Positions 17,055 through 24,890 are shown, counted from the first letter of the stretch. The stretch is DNA of 64,000 nucleotides from Eubacteriales bacterium (GCA_045587745.1 JAZNCU010000018.1:3434-67433), one strand, 5' to 3'. The notes: a model not told the origin generated them from the sequence alone. Numbers and translations: made by a program.

Positions 17055-20000
17055 TTATTTCATCCTCCTTTCCCGCTTGCGCCTTGATCCGATTCCATAT
17101 GTCAGTGCGGTTAGCATAATGCCTGCACCGCACAGTACATACATCAGTCGGGCCGGTGAGCCGGTAGAAGGCAGCTCAGGACCGCCCGGATGGTAGGTGT
17201 TGGTGATTTCAACGGAGTAGGTAGGCGGAGAGCTGTCGGACACTCGGATTTCTCCGTAAGCCGTAGACCATTTCTCCTTTTCCCAAACCTCATCAACCGT
17301 ATACAGGATCACGTTTCCGTTTTCATCCTTGTAGGGAAGACCCTGGAAAACACCTTGCCAGTTGTTTTTGAGTGTCAATGTCATGCTGCGGCCGGTATTA
17401 ACACCGTTGGCAAACAATCGCACCGTCACGGCAAATTCGTGATACAGCGAAGCATCGTAGCCTGCGGGTATCACCCATTCCTTTGTCACGGCAAAGGAGG
17501 TTTCGTTATTGACAGCCAGCGGTGTATTGGTAATCTGATATGCCCAGTCTCCCACCTCCATCGAGGTGGAGATCGTAATTTTTTTCATGGGGATCAGTAT
17601 CAGAGAGCTGTTGGCATTGGTGCTGTAATTGAACTTCTGGGAACCGTTCATGCTGTTTGCCAGGTAGTAGTTATTTCTATCTTGCTGGTAGAAGATCTGC
17701 AAGCCGCCGGAACGATTGCTATAGGAAAACTCCTGCCTATCCTGGCTTTGCGGCGATTCGATCCTGGCGTAGAAGTCCGTTGGACTGCCTCCGTTGTAAT
17801 AGAAGGTGATCGTCTGTCCGACACCGTTGGTAAACTTCACCCTTCCGCCGTTCACCGTAGTGGTCCACAGAGCGTTCGGCGAGGATTTCGCCGTTTCCTC
17901 ATCCACCCACGTGTAGCCGGTATCCGCTCTGTTGTCCAGGGTAGACAGATAACCGCTGCCGGATCGCAGAATGTAGGTTTCGCCGTTTTGGAAGGAGAGT
18001 GCTTCTGCCCATTGGGTCGAGTCAATGACGATTTCCGTGATTCTTCGAACCGTAGAATAATAACCGGATTCATAAGATTCCTCGACACCGTACTTAACCT
18101 CTGTCAACGCATCATAATCATATTTGGGCAGATTGGTCCAGATGTACATCCAATTATTTTCGTCACTCAGTGTGACCTCACGGATGCGTCGGATCGTACC
18201 GTCCGCATCGGTCACCGTCAGGTAGGCCCGGATATAATCCTTGCTGTGATCGGCTGTATCCTCCCACTTTTTGATGAGCTGCACCGTTGTGGTTTCCGTC
18301 ACGGTTTCGGGTGCATTGGTCACAACGAGGTAGACAATCTGAGTCTCCTCATCGATCTTCACACCGTGGACAGTAAAGCCGTTGGAAGGCTCGTTTCCGT
18401 CGGCATCCGCAACCACATCCACATGGTAGGTGGCTTGTCCTTCCTTTTCAATGGTCAGGCGGATAACACCGTCCGCAAGACCGTAGCCTTCGGCTAAGGG
18501 AGGGCCTGTCTCTTTTATGTAGTAGGTATTGCCGGAGCCCAAGCCCCAAATATTGGCAATCCCGTTATTGACAGTGAAGGTGCTTTGGAATTGGTCCAGC
18601 ACACCGTCTGCGTAGTCTTGATTGTAAGCCTCTTCACTTGCCCAAAGGGTTGCACTCCGGGTGCAGGCAAAATCCTCATAGACGGTAAATTGCGTACCAT
18701 CCAGAAGCTGTTGCGTCAAAACATCTTCTTTTTGCAGCTGAAGACCAAATCGTGGAGCCAGGTTAAAATAGATGGAGCAGTTGGACAAAGAGGAACCGCG
18801 CTCCAAATAGAGGATACTCAGCGTATGATCACCGGCGGTGATTCCCAGATCCATCAGGCTGGTTTGCTGTCTGCCCTGTACGGTTACCTGTCCGGTGGAA
18901 AAATCGATTACACCGCTCTCGGCACCGTGTATGCCGCCGATATCCAGCACCAACCGGCCGTCGATCAAAACCCAAAGGTCATCGTCGCCACTAAATTGGA
19001 ACTGCATATCGTTTCCGTACAAATCCTTGTTGCCGTCGGTGCCGGGCTCGTTGGGGAGATAGAACTTGATGTCCGTCCGCATACCGTAGGCGTAATCCGT
19101 CTGCACGTTGTTGACGGAGTTATAGTTGCCGGAGTTGTATTTGGAATCGTAGCGGTAGTGAGGAACGCCTTCGTATTCCCCGTCCACACCGTCGTAACTG
19201 TACGTGCCCACCGTTTTGCCGTTTGTATTGGCATAAGGGGAGTTCAGGGGCAGGAAGTCCGAGTAGGTAGAGTCAATGGCGTCGGACGTACCCGCAAGAT
19301 ATTCGTATACATAAAACCGGTTGTTGCTCTGGTTGTAGGATGCGGCATTGCGCTTGGAATCATAATAGTAATAGCCGTAATGCTCGTCCGCAGGGTCATC
19401 CATAATCTGGAACAGATGGTCACCCGTTCCCAAATAGGTCTTGCCCAAAACGCCCTGTCCGGTTGCCGGGTCAAAGCAGTTGTCTGTCGCAAACAGCAGC
19501 TCCCCAATAGCATCGGAATAGATGCCCGGAGTCACAATTCCGGAGCCGGGATAAACGTTGTGAGAGCTTCGGTTATCGGGCATACAAAGCAGCCCGCCTG
19601 TGTCGTTGTCAATAAATATAAAATCCAGGGTCTCTCGGTTTCCGTGGGCAACATTACCCGAGGTTACCATATACCACGTCTCCGAGTGAGAGGATGCACT
19701 TATGGAGGACTGCGCCCTTGAAGAATGGATATTCAGCAGATAGTTGTAGTCAAACATATGGGTCGTAATAAAGGAATTGGTGCTGACCGTATCTGCTACC
19801 TGTGCATTGAAAATACCGATATCGTATGTACTTGCTACCCAGTCGGCATAAAGGACTGCATTGCCGGTTACTTCCATTTCGCCTCCCGGCAGGTAATAGC
19901 GGGCGTTGGTAATATCGTACCAGCCGCGTAGCTTGTAGCTGTACTTGCTGGGAGATGTCCATTCCGTGGGCAGTTTCAAAAGACTTCCGCCTTCGACAGT

Positions 20001-20900
20001 GTAGGCTCTGTTGGGAGAACCCGTCAGATACCCCAGTCCGCCGTCGGTACCGTCCAACCAAATCGTGTAATTCACGGCCGCAACGGAGGGCTCGTCCAAA
20101 ACGGTAATGCCTTCTGCCTCGGGAACAAGTCCGTATCCCATAACCACAGTGCCATCAAGCTGATATCGGGCTTCGGCAACCGCATTGCTCAGGTCGCCCT
20201 GGATAACCGTAATGGATGTATCATCAAAACCGGTAATAATCGCAACCGCATTGGCTCCCGAAGCGGCAGAGCCCTCTTTATGCAGAAAAACAATGTTGCC
20301 GATTTCGGGTAAACGCTCTTCAGCCGCTTTATAAAGCCCCTCTTCTTCCCATTCCAACCGCATGGATTCCGGGCCGGCGTTCATCGGCAAATCCGTGCCG
20401 CCTGCATATTCAAGGCAGAAAGAAACGAACATAGCCGACCAGTCACCATAGGGATTTCCGTACCATTGACCGTATCGGGTGATGCCGCGGCGGACACCGC
20501 CCGCATCCACCTGGAAATTCAAAGTGCTTTCTGTATAGCCAAGCTGAGATTGAGCCACCAAAACCGCATTGGCCTTGGTGGTGGGACCGCGAGCCATATC
20601 GGTCAAGGTCATTTCCCAGTCATCACTGGTTTCCAAATCAGCGTTAATATTACTGTAGCAACCGGCCTCATGGGTATGTTCTTCTTTGACACAGCTGATA
20701 CACTCTTCGCCGTGTATATGCTCTTCTTTGCCGCAGAACGCTTCTCCCGCAACTCCGATTCCGGTAAGCTTAAGGCTCCAAAAAACAATCAATATGACCA
20801 ACATAGAAAGGGCAGGAATGATCTGCCGGAGCCTAAAACGATCCTTATTGCTTATATTCAGTTGTTCTAAAATCTTTTCTCCGCTCGTTGGCAAGACCAC
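17055..20900 (-). CDS. pilus tip adhesin candidate, 1281 aa: Cys/His motif, CHAP-like module, Flg_new/InlB-B-like repeat, fibro-slime (PA14-like) domain, Cna-B/SpaA-like domains, LPSTG
   Basis: SYKLRGWYD...VLYADW (Flg_new-like). FQFSGDDDLWVLIDGRLVLDIGGIHG (fibro-slime hallmark). YYIKETGPPLAEGY and Cna-B-like blocks (KKWEDT...NWMYIWTNLPKYD; TKEWV...NNWQGVFQGLPYKD). C-terminal LPSTG + TM + RRKRERR. TTG 20894 is 7 nt after GGAGG and may be the true start rather than GTG 20900. Confidence 0.85.
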   Translation of the reverse strand: MVLPTSGEKILEQLNISNKDRFRLRQIIPALSMLVILIVFWSLKLTGIGVAGEAFCGKEEHIHGEECISCVKEEHTHEAGCYSNINADLETSDDWEMTLTDMARGPTTKANAVLVAQSQLGYTESTLNFQVDAGGVRRGITRYGQWYGNPYGDWSAMFVSFCLEYAGGTDLPMNAGPESMRLEWEEEGLYKAAEERLPEIGNIVFLHKEGSAASGANAVAIITGFDDTSITVIQGDLSNAVAEARYQLDGTVVMGYGLVPEAEGITVLDEPSVAAVNYTIWLDGTDGGLGYLTGSPNRAYTVEGGSLLKLPTEWTSPSKYSYKLRGWYDITNARYYLPGGEMEVTGNAVLYADWVASTYDIGIFNAQVADTVSTNSFITTHMFDYNYLLNIHSSRAQSSISASSHSETWYMVTSGNVAHGNRETLDFIFIDNDTGGLLCMPDNRSSHNVYPGSGIVTPGIYSDAIGELLFATDNCFDPATGQGVLGKTYLGTGDHLFQIMDDPADEHYGYYYYDSKRNAASYNQSNNRFYVYEYLAGTSDAIDSTYSDFLPLNSPYANTNGKTVGTYSYDGVDGEYEGVPHYRYDSKYNSGNYNSVNNVQTDYAYGMRTDIKFYLPNEPGTDGNKDLYGNDMQFQFSGDDDLWVLIDGRLVLDIGGIHGAESGVIDFSTGQVTVQGRQQTSLMDLGITAGDHTLSILYLERGSSLSNCSIYFNLAPRFGLQLQKEDVLTQQLLDGTQFTVYEDFACTRSATLWASEEAYNQDYADGVLDQFQSTFTVNNGIANIWGLGSGNTYYIKETGPPLAEGYGLADGVIRLTIEKEGQATYHVDVVADADGNEPSNGFTVHGVKIDEETQIVYLVVTNAPETVTETTTVQLIKKWEDTADHSKDYIRAYLTVTDADGTIRRIREVTLSDENNWMYIWTNLPKYDYDALTEVKYGVEESYESGYYSTVRRITEIVIDSTQWAEALSFQNGETYILRSGSGYLSTLDNRADTGYTWVDEETAKSSPNALWTTTVNGGRVKFTNGVGQTITFYYNGGSPTDFYARIESPQSQDRQEFSYSNRSGGLQIFYQQDRNNYYLANSMNGSQKFNYSTNANSSLILIPMKKITISTSMEVGDWAYQITNTPLAVNNETSFAVTKEWVIPAGYDASLYHEFAVTVRLFANGVNTGRSMTLTLKNNWQGVFQGLPYKDENGNVILYTVDEVWEKEKWSTAYGEIRVSDSSPPTYSVEITNTYHPGGPELPSTGSPARLMYVLCGAGIMLTALTYGIGSRRKRERRMK

Positions 20901-20932
20901 ACCTCCTTTCCGATTGCTTTATTTATTGGGTG

Positions 20933-21529
20933 TTAGTCTATGAACTCAAATTCTGATAAAGGCCAGGATTTGCAAATAATCTTTCCAACAATTTGATCCT
21001 CGGAAACACAACCGATCACACTGCTGCGGCTGTCAATTGAGGTTTCTCTTTTATCTCCCATCACAAAGTAACAGTTTTCCGGTACCTGGTAAGGAAATTC
21101 AACGTCGCATTCGCCCAAAGCCTTCTCGCTGATGTACGGCTCGTCTAACGGGTTGCCGTTCAGAAAAACTGTACCGTCGGATTCAATCCAGATATAATCT
21201 CCCGGGGTGGCAATGACCCGCTTGATCAGAATTTTATTCGAGTAATAAAATGCACACAGATCACCGGTTTCCAAATTCTTCTTTTTTACCAGCAGAACAA
21301 TGTCTCCGTCGTTCAGATTCGGCTCCATGCTGGTGCCGGCGATTTGCAGAACCGGTAAAACCAACGTAGCTACCAGTGCGGCTACTGCGGCAACAACGAT
21401 CAAAGCATTTACGGTGCTTCTCAGTAATTTGCGGAAACGCCGCTTATAACGTTCCCGTTTTAATTCTTTTTGCAGAGCATCGACCGGCGGAAGCCCTCTT
21501 GTGCTGTGCGTTTCAATGTGTTTTTTCAT
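20933..21529 (-). CDS. type I signal peptidase (S26 family) encoded inside the pilus operon
   Basis: N-terminal TM, GTSMEPNL (Ser box), ILIKRVIATPGD (Lys box), GDKRETSIDSR (box E). Confidence 0.88.
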   Translation of the reverse strand: MKKHIETHSTRGLPPVDALQKELKRERYKRRFRKLLRSTVNALIVVAAVAALVATLVLPVLQIAGTSMEPNLNDGDIVLLVKKKNLETGDLCAFYYSNKILIKRVIATPGDYIWIESDGTVFLNGNPLDEPYISEKALGECDVEFPYQVPENCYFVMGDKRETSIDSRSSVIGCVSEDQIVGKIICKSWPLSEFEFID

Positions 21530-21535
21530 ACGTTA

Positions 21536-21874
21536 TCATTCACCTTTAATGCGACTCGCTTCTTCCAACGCTTGGGCGATAATGCCGGCACTTTTTCTAT
21601 AAGCTTCTTCCTTGATTTCTTCCGCCTGTTTCTTTGCCGCATCAATATACATATCTGCAGCTTCTTGAGCCGCCTGAAAAACGCCTTTTAAGTGCAAAGA
21701 TGCTTCTGCAATTGAACCCAAGGCGGAAATGTTAATTTCCTGATCATTTAAACGCCGCTCTGCTTCCTCTAAAGCTACTTGTAATTTGTCAGCACGTTCT
21801 GTTTGAATAATAAGCAGTTCCAAAAGCTGATAGCGATTCAGTTTTTTTAACTCTTTCTCCGTCACAGAATACAC
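21536..21874 (-). CDS. small coiled-coil protein (DivIVA-like heptad character), first gene of the pilus operon
   Basis: The 112-aa ORF is charged and helical (LQVALEEAERRLNDQE...AAKKQAEEIKEEAYRK). It is 6 nt from the signal-peptidase gene. The GTG at 21865 is better spaced from AAAAGAGG than the ORF-track start. Confidence 0.6.
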   Translation of the reverse strand: MYSVTEKELKKLNRYQLLELLIIQTERADKLQVALEEAERRLNDQEINISALGSIAEASLHLKGVFQAAQEAADMYIDAAKKQAEEIKEEAYRKSAGIIAQALEEASRIKGE

Positions 21875-22012
21875 CTCTTTTCATTATCTAATAACAAAAA
21901 AAGTAAAGCTTCCAAAGAGGTATGGTAAACCATATCTCTGACATGGCTTTTGAGATCTAAATAAGGGTGCAGGGCAAAAATAGGTACATTTATTCTGTAT
22001 GTCTGTCAAGAC

Positions 22013-22042
22013 ATTGTACCACGCTGCCATTTCAAATTGCAA
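22013..22042 (-). promoter_or_regulatory. candidate promoter of the pilus operon
   Basis: Minus strand reads TTGCAA (22042-22037), 18-nt spacer, TACAAT (22018-22013). This leaves a ~130-nt leader before the first ORF. Confidence 0.45.
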
Positions 22043-22107
22043 CCCCTTCCCTTGCATATTTGCATATAATTATAGATATTATATTATATCACAAAAGTTT
22101 ATGTCTT

Positions 22108-22509
22108 TCAATGGCTTTCTTCACTTTTCTCAAAAAGTTTGGAATTGTTTTCGTGCTCATCAGAAAGGTTTATTACAGCATTGCCTTGCTTCATTGCATA
22201 ATCTACCGTCTGCCAAGCACCGCCTTTTTCGTGCTCAATGTAGCAGATGATCGGGTCGGCACGATCAACCATTTCCCGGTTGCGAATTTGGATAGCGGAT
22301 TTAGGATGTGCAATTGATGCGGCACAAGAAATCTCGATGCCGGTATAATAGTCATAAAAGTAATTTTCGTTATTAAGATACTCCTCCGTGGGATACGGCA
22401 GCACCAATACAAGGGCTCTGTTATCGTCCCTATGATTTTTTCGTACGCGAAGTACTGAGGATGAGACGCATTGATCAAAGTCCCCGTTGCGTCCAACCAA
22501 AAAATCCAC
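22108..22509 (-). pseudogene. SLOG/DUF1273 (YpsA-like) gene, apparently N-terminally truncated
   Basis: DFLVGRNGDFDQC...LVLVLPYP...IRNREMVDRADPIICYIEHEKGGAWQTVDYAMKQGNAVINL follows the YpsA-like pattern. The expected N-terminal ~35 aa (GHRP region) are missing, with TAA TAG in frame just upstream and no RBS. Confidence 0.4.
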
Positions 22510-22706
22510 GTACTCATTTTCGTCAGCAGTTTGTCTTTTCCGGAACTATTATCGACAATACCAAAGTACATCATTTCAATAGCCGTTATCACAAACGGTA
22601 GCATCGGCAGTAGTTCTGCGGCAAGAAAGAGAACTGACCATACTCATAACCATGACCAAAAATTGGATAACAAGAACGATTGCACGCATGGGTGTTGACC
22701 GTATTT

Positions 22707-22880
22707 TCAGGACAAAAAACATGGCAGCAGTGTTGAGAGTAAATAGAACGTCAACAGCATAGGTGAAAGTGCAAGAAAGTCTTTCAAGTAAAAACCGAGT
22801 AACAGGTTGTATATAAGTGCGATAGCAAAGAAAATGATTCTTGATCTTGTGTTGGTTTTAGATGCTTTTTTAGTCTTCAT
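22707..22880 (-). CDS. small hydrophobic protein (57 aa), below the ORF-track size cutoff
   Basis: ATG 22880 is 8 nt after AAGGAG. Translation by hand: MKTKKASKTNTRSRIIFFAIALIYNLLLGFYLKDFLALSPMLLTFYLLSTLLPCFLS. Basic N-terminus plus two hydrophobic stretches. Confidence 0.4.
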   Translation of the reverse strand: MKTKKASKTNTRSRIIFFAIALIYNLLLGFYLKDFLALSPMLLTFYLLSTLLPCFLS

Positions 22881-23043
22881 TTCAAATCTCCTTTATGTAC
22901 GAAAATTCTTTGAAACGAAGAAGCGGCAGTACAGAGTGTATTGCTCTGTACTGCCACAAACAAAGACTATTTAACATCTTTTAAGAAAACAACAAACCCG
23001 AACGTTTCACCGATTGGTAAAAGGTTCGGGTTTGAATGCTTTA

Positions 23044-23061
23044 GTGCGGCTGATGGGACTT
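23044..23061 (-). repeat. exact 18-bp duplicate of the 3' end of tRNA-Leu (att-like scar)
   Basis: GTGCGGCTGATGGGACTT at 23044-23061 is identical to 23271-23288 (T-arm 3' half plus acceptor 3' strand of the tRNA), in the same orientation, with 209 bp between the two copies. Confidence 0.85.
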
Positions 23062-23225
23062 TTTTCTCGCTTTCGCCGCTTGCCGCATTGCTCCGCAATG
23101 CTCTCGCCTGCTTCGCTCAAAAACCTGTGTCGGTAACATACCCCAATAATGCGTTCCGCATTTTCGGGGGCCCTATTAAAACGTGTCACCGACACGTTTT
23201 TACCCGACCTTCAAGTCCCCTCGAA

Positions 23226-23268
23226 TCAAAAACAAAACAGCACCCGCTTTGCGAGTGCTTTTTGTTTT
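23226..23268 (-). terminator. terminator immediately downstream of tRNA-Leu
   Basis: Minus strand reads AAAAACAAAA-AGCACTCGC-AAA-GCGGGTGCT-GTTTTGTTTTT. Confidence 0.7.
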
Positions 23269-23351
23269 TGGTGCGGCTGATGGGACTTGAACCCATACGG
23301 TTGCCCACACGCCCCTCAAACGTGCGCGTCTGCCAGTTCCGCCACAGCCGC
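23269..23351 (-). tRNA. tRNA-Leu (anticodon GAG)
   Basis: Minus strand reads GCGGCTG...CAGCCGC-A-CCA (perfect acceptor). Anticodon stem CACGT/GCGTG with loop TTGAGGG, long variable arm, T arm ATGGG-TTCAAGT-CCCAT. Confidence 0.9.
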
Positions 23352-23404
23352 ATATCCAATTAACGTGCATCCAAAACAAGAGGGCTTCAAAATGCACAAG
23401 TGAT

Positions 23405-23432
23405 ATTATACACAGATATTCGGTTTTGTCAA
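23405..23432 (-). promoter_or_regulatory. sigma-70-like promoter for tRNA-Leu
   Basis: Minus strand reads TTGACA (23432-23427), 16-nt spacer, TATAAT (23410-23405). Confidence 0.55.
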
Positions 23433-23467
23433 CCCTTTTTTGCAAATTAAAGAGTAATTTTTTGATA

Positions 23468-23680
23468 CTAAATCTCAACGAACTCTGTCTCGCCGTCAAG
23501 AGGCAACGCACGGGGAACGGGGGCAATTTTAAGCAAATCAAGTGTAAACCTACGGCAAACGCCCTCGGATCTCACTGCGCCCTCGTGAACACAGATGCAC
23601 ATATCCGACTCATTTATTATTACCGCATGCTCACAGTAAGCGCAGATTTTGTCAACCGAATCGGGAAGGTTCTTTTTCAT
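23468..23680 (-). CDS. small Cys-rich (putative zinc-ribbon) protein, 70 aa
   Basis: ATG 23680 is 7 nt after AGAGGAGG. Cys pattern CAYC...CIC...C. Lies downstream of the ylbJ-like gene on the same strand. Confidence 0.6.
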   Translation of the reverse strand: MKKNLPDSVDKICAYCEHAVIINESDMCICVHEGAVRSEGVCRRFTLDLLKIAPVPRALPLDGETEFVEI

Positions 23681-23728
23681 CCGTCTGCCTCCTCTTTTTT
23701 TCTAATATACCCCAAAATTCCTGTTTTG

Positions 23729-24601
23729 TCAACCGAAAATCACTGCCAGCAGATACATCAGGCTGCCCTGCACCAGCTTTCCGGTCAGGTAGGGCTTTAC
23801 CGAAAGCTTTCCTCCCACGATACCCGCCACCTGCGCAAGCACGCATATACCCGAAAATCCGAGTGTAAGAGCGCACATCTCAACGGGATTATTCATTTCC
23901 GATGCGTAGCGGCAGCCCGATGAAAACTCAAGCATCAGCCTAAGCGCCGAGCCGACAAAAGGAACCGAGCCGAAAATATACGCCAGCTCGTTCCCTATCA
24001 CAGAAAAAAATACAACGCTTGCACACACGGTAAATAGTACGTCTGCCGAGCCCGTAACCGCTTTTGGCAATGATACAGCCGAGCTGAAGCGCAGGCTCGG
24101 ATTTTCGGCTTTGTTCCGCCCGTACATCAGCAGACGCATTATCACGGCGCAAGCCGCACAGGACACCAGCTGATAAACGAGCAGCCGCACCCCTACCCCG
24201 ATATCCTCAAACAGCGCCTGTCCCACAAAGCCTAAAAGAAAGGATACCGATACTCCCCCCGTAAACGAGCAAAGGTACTCGGCATATTTTTTGTTTATAC
24301 AGCCCGATTCGTACAGCACAAGCGCATTGCTTGCGCCCGAGGGACAGCCGCACAGCGTGCCGAGCAGCAGCATACAGATCTCGGGGCCGACTTTTTTGCA
24401 AAGAAAGCCCGTAACGGGAAGCGTTACGATTATCCTCGACAGCACAAGGTACACGAACATTGACGGCACAAGCACCCGAGCACAAAACCCAAGGCTCTCA
24501 GCGGTTGATGCACTCACACGGGACGGAAAAACAAGCATATATGCGAACAGTAATACCGCCCCTGCCGAGCAGATCGACAAAACAGTTTTTCGCAGTTTCA
24601 T
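23729..24601 (-). CDS. ylbJ: YlbJ-like sporulation integral membrane protein (nucleoside-recognition/Gate-domain type)
   Basis: Start trimmed from 24874 to ATG 24601. Polytopic. VLVPSMFVYLVLS and GCPSGA resemble YlbJ blocks (PSLFPF, GYPVGA). Divergent from yqfC/yqfD. Confidence 0.6.
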   Translation of the reverse strand: MKLRKTVLSICSAGAVLLFAYMLVFPSRVSASTAESLGFCARVLVPSMFVYLVLSRIIVTLPVTGFLCKKVGPEICMLLLGTLCGCPSGASNALVLYESGCINKKYAEYLCSFTGGVSVSFLLGFVGQALFEDIGVGVRLLVYQLVSCAACAVIMRLLMYGRNKAENPSLRFSSAVSLPKAVTGSADVLFTVCASVVFFSVIGNELAYIFGSVPFVGSALRLMLEFSSGCRYASEMNNPVEMCALTLGFSGICVLAQVAGIVGGKLSVKPYLTGKLVQGSLMYLLAVIFG

Positions 24602-24644
24602 AAAATCACTCCGACAGGAGTATATTTTATCGGTGAGGCGATTT

Positions 24645-24890
24645 ATGAAGCTGAATTGGAAAACTTTTTTTACCTCTAATCTGCGAGGAGAGGTTTTTGC
24701 CGAGATACGCGGCAGGAAAACCGTTATAGCAGAGGGCTTTTTCGGCCTTTTGCTGTACAGCGGAGAGAGAGTTCTTCTCGGCAGTGCCGAGGAACGCATA
24801 AGCATTGAGGGCAAAGGCCTTGAGCTGAAACATATGAGTAAGGGCAGAATAGCCGTTGACGGAAGGATTGACAAGGTTGAGTTTTTATAA
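24645..24890 (+). CDS. yqfC: sporulation protein YqfC (YabP family)
   Basis: ATG 24645 follows GGTGAGG. 81 aa with the pattern ...EIRGRKTVIAEGFFGLLLYSGERVLL...ISIEGKGLELKHMSKGRIAVDGRIDKVEF. Confidence 0.8.
   Translation: MKLNWKTFFTSNLRGEVFAEIRGRKTVIAEGFFGLLLYSGERVLLGSAEERISIEGKGLELKHMSKGRIAVDGRIDKVEFL

Noticed and set aside
21994-22006. 13-nt exact match (TCTGTATGTCTGT) between the pilus-operon promoter region and the 5.5-kb octamer array, suggesting a shared regulator site
   Set aside because: A rough estimate gives a few tenths of an expected chance hit for a low-complexity array of this size against 2 x 64 kb. A single match is not convincing. It would need genome-wide motif enrichment to revive.
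22203-22604. 133-aa ORF overlapping the SLOG-like fragment in another frame
   Set aside because: It has no RBS before ATG 22604 and no recognisable motifs. It overlaps the better-supported SLOG-like frame and is probably a product of gene decay.
13085-23288. Calling the pilus block a mobile element or genomic island outright
   Set aside because: There is no integrase, transposase, relaxase or second att copy at the 13-kb side. I could not compute the composition difference. The tRNA repeat brackets only 209 bp. It is kept as a hypothesis in findings, not as a mobile_element feature.
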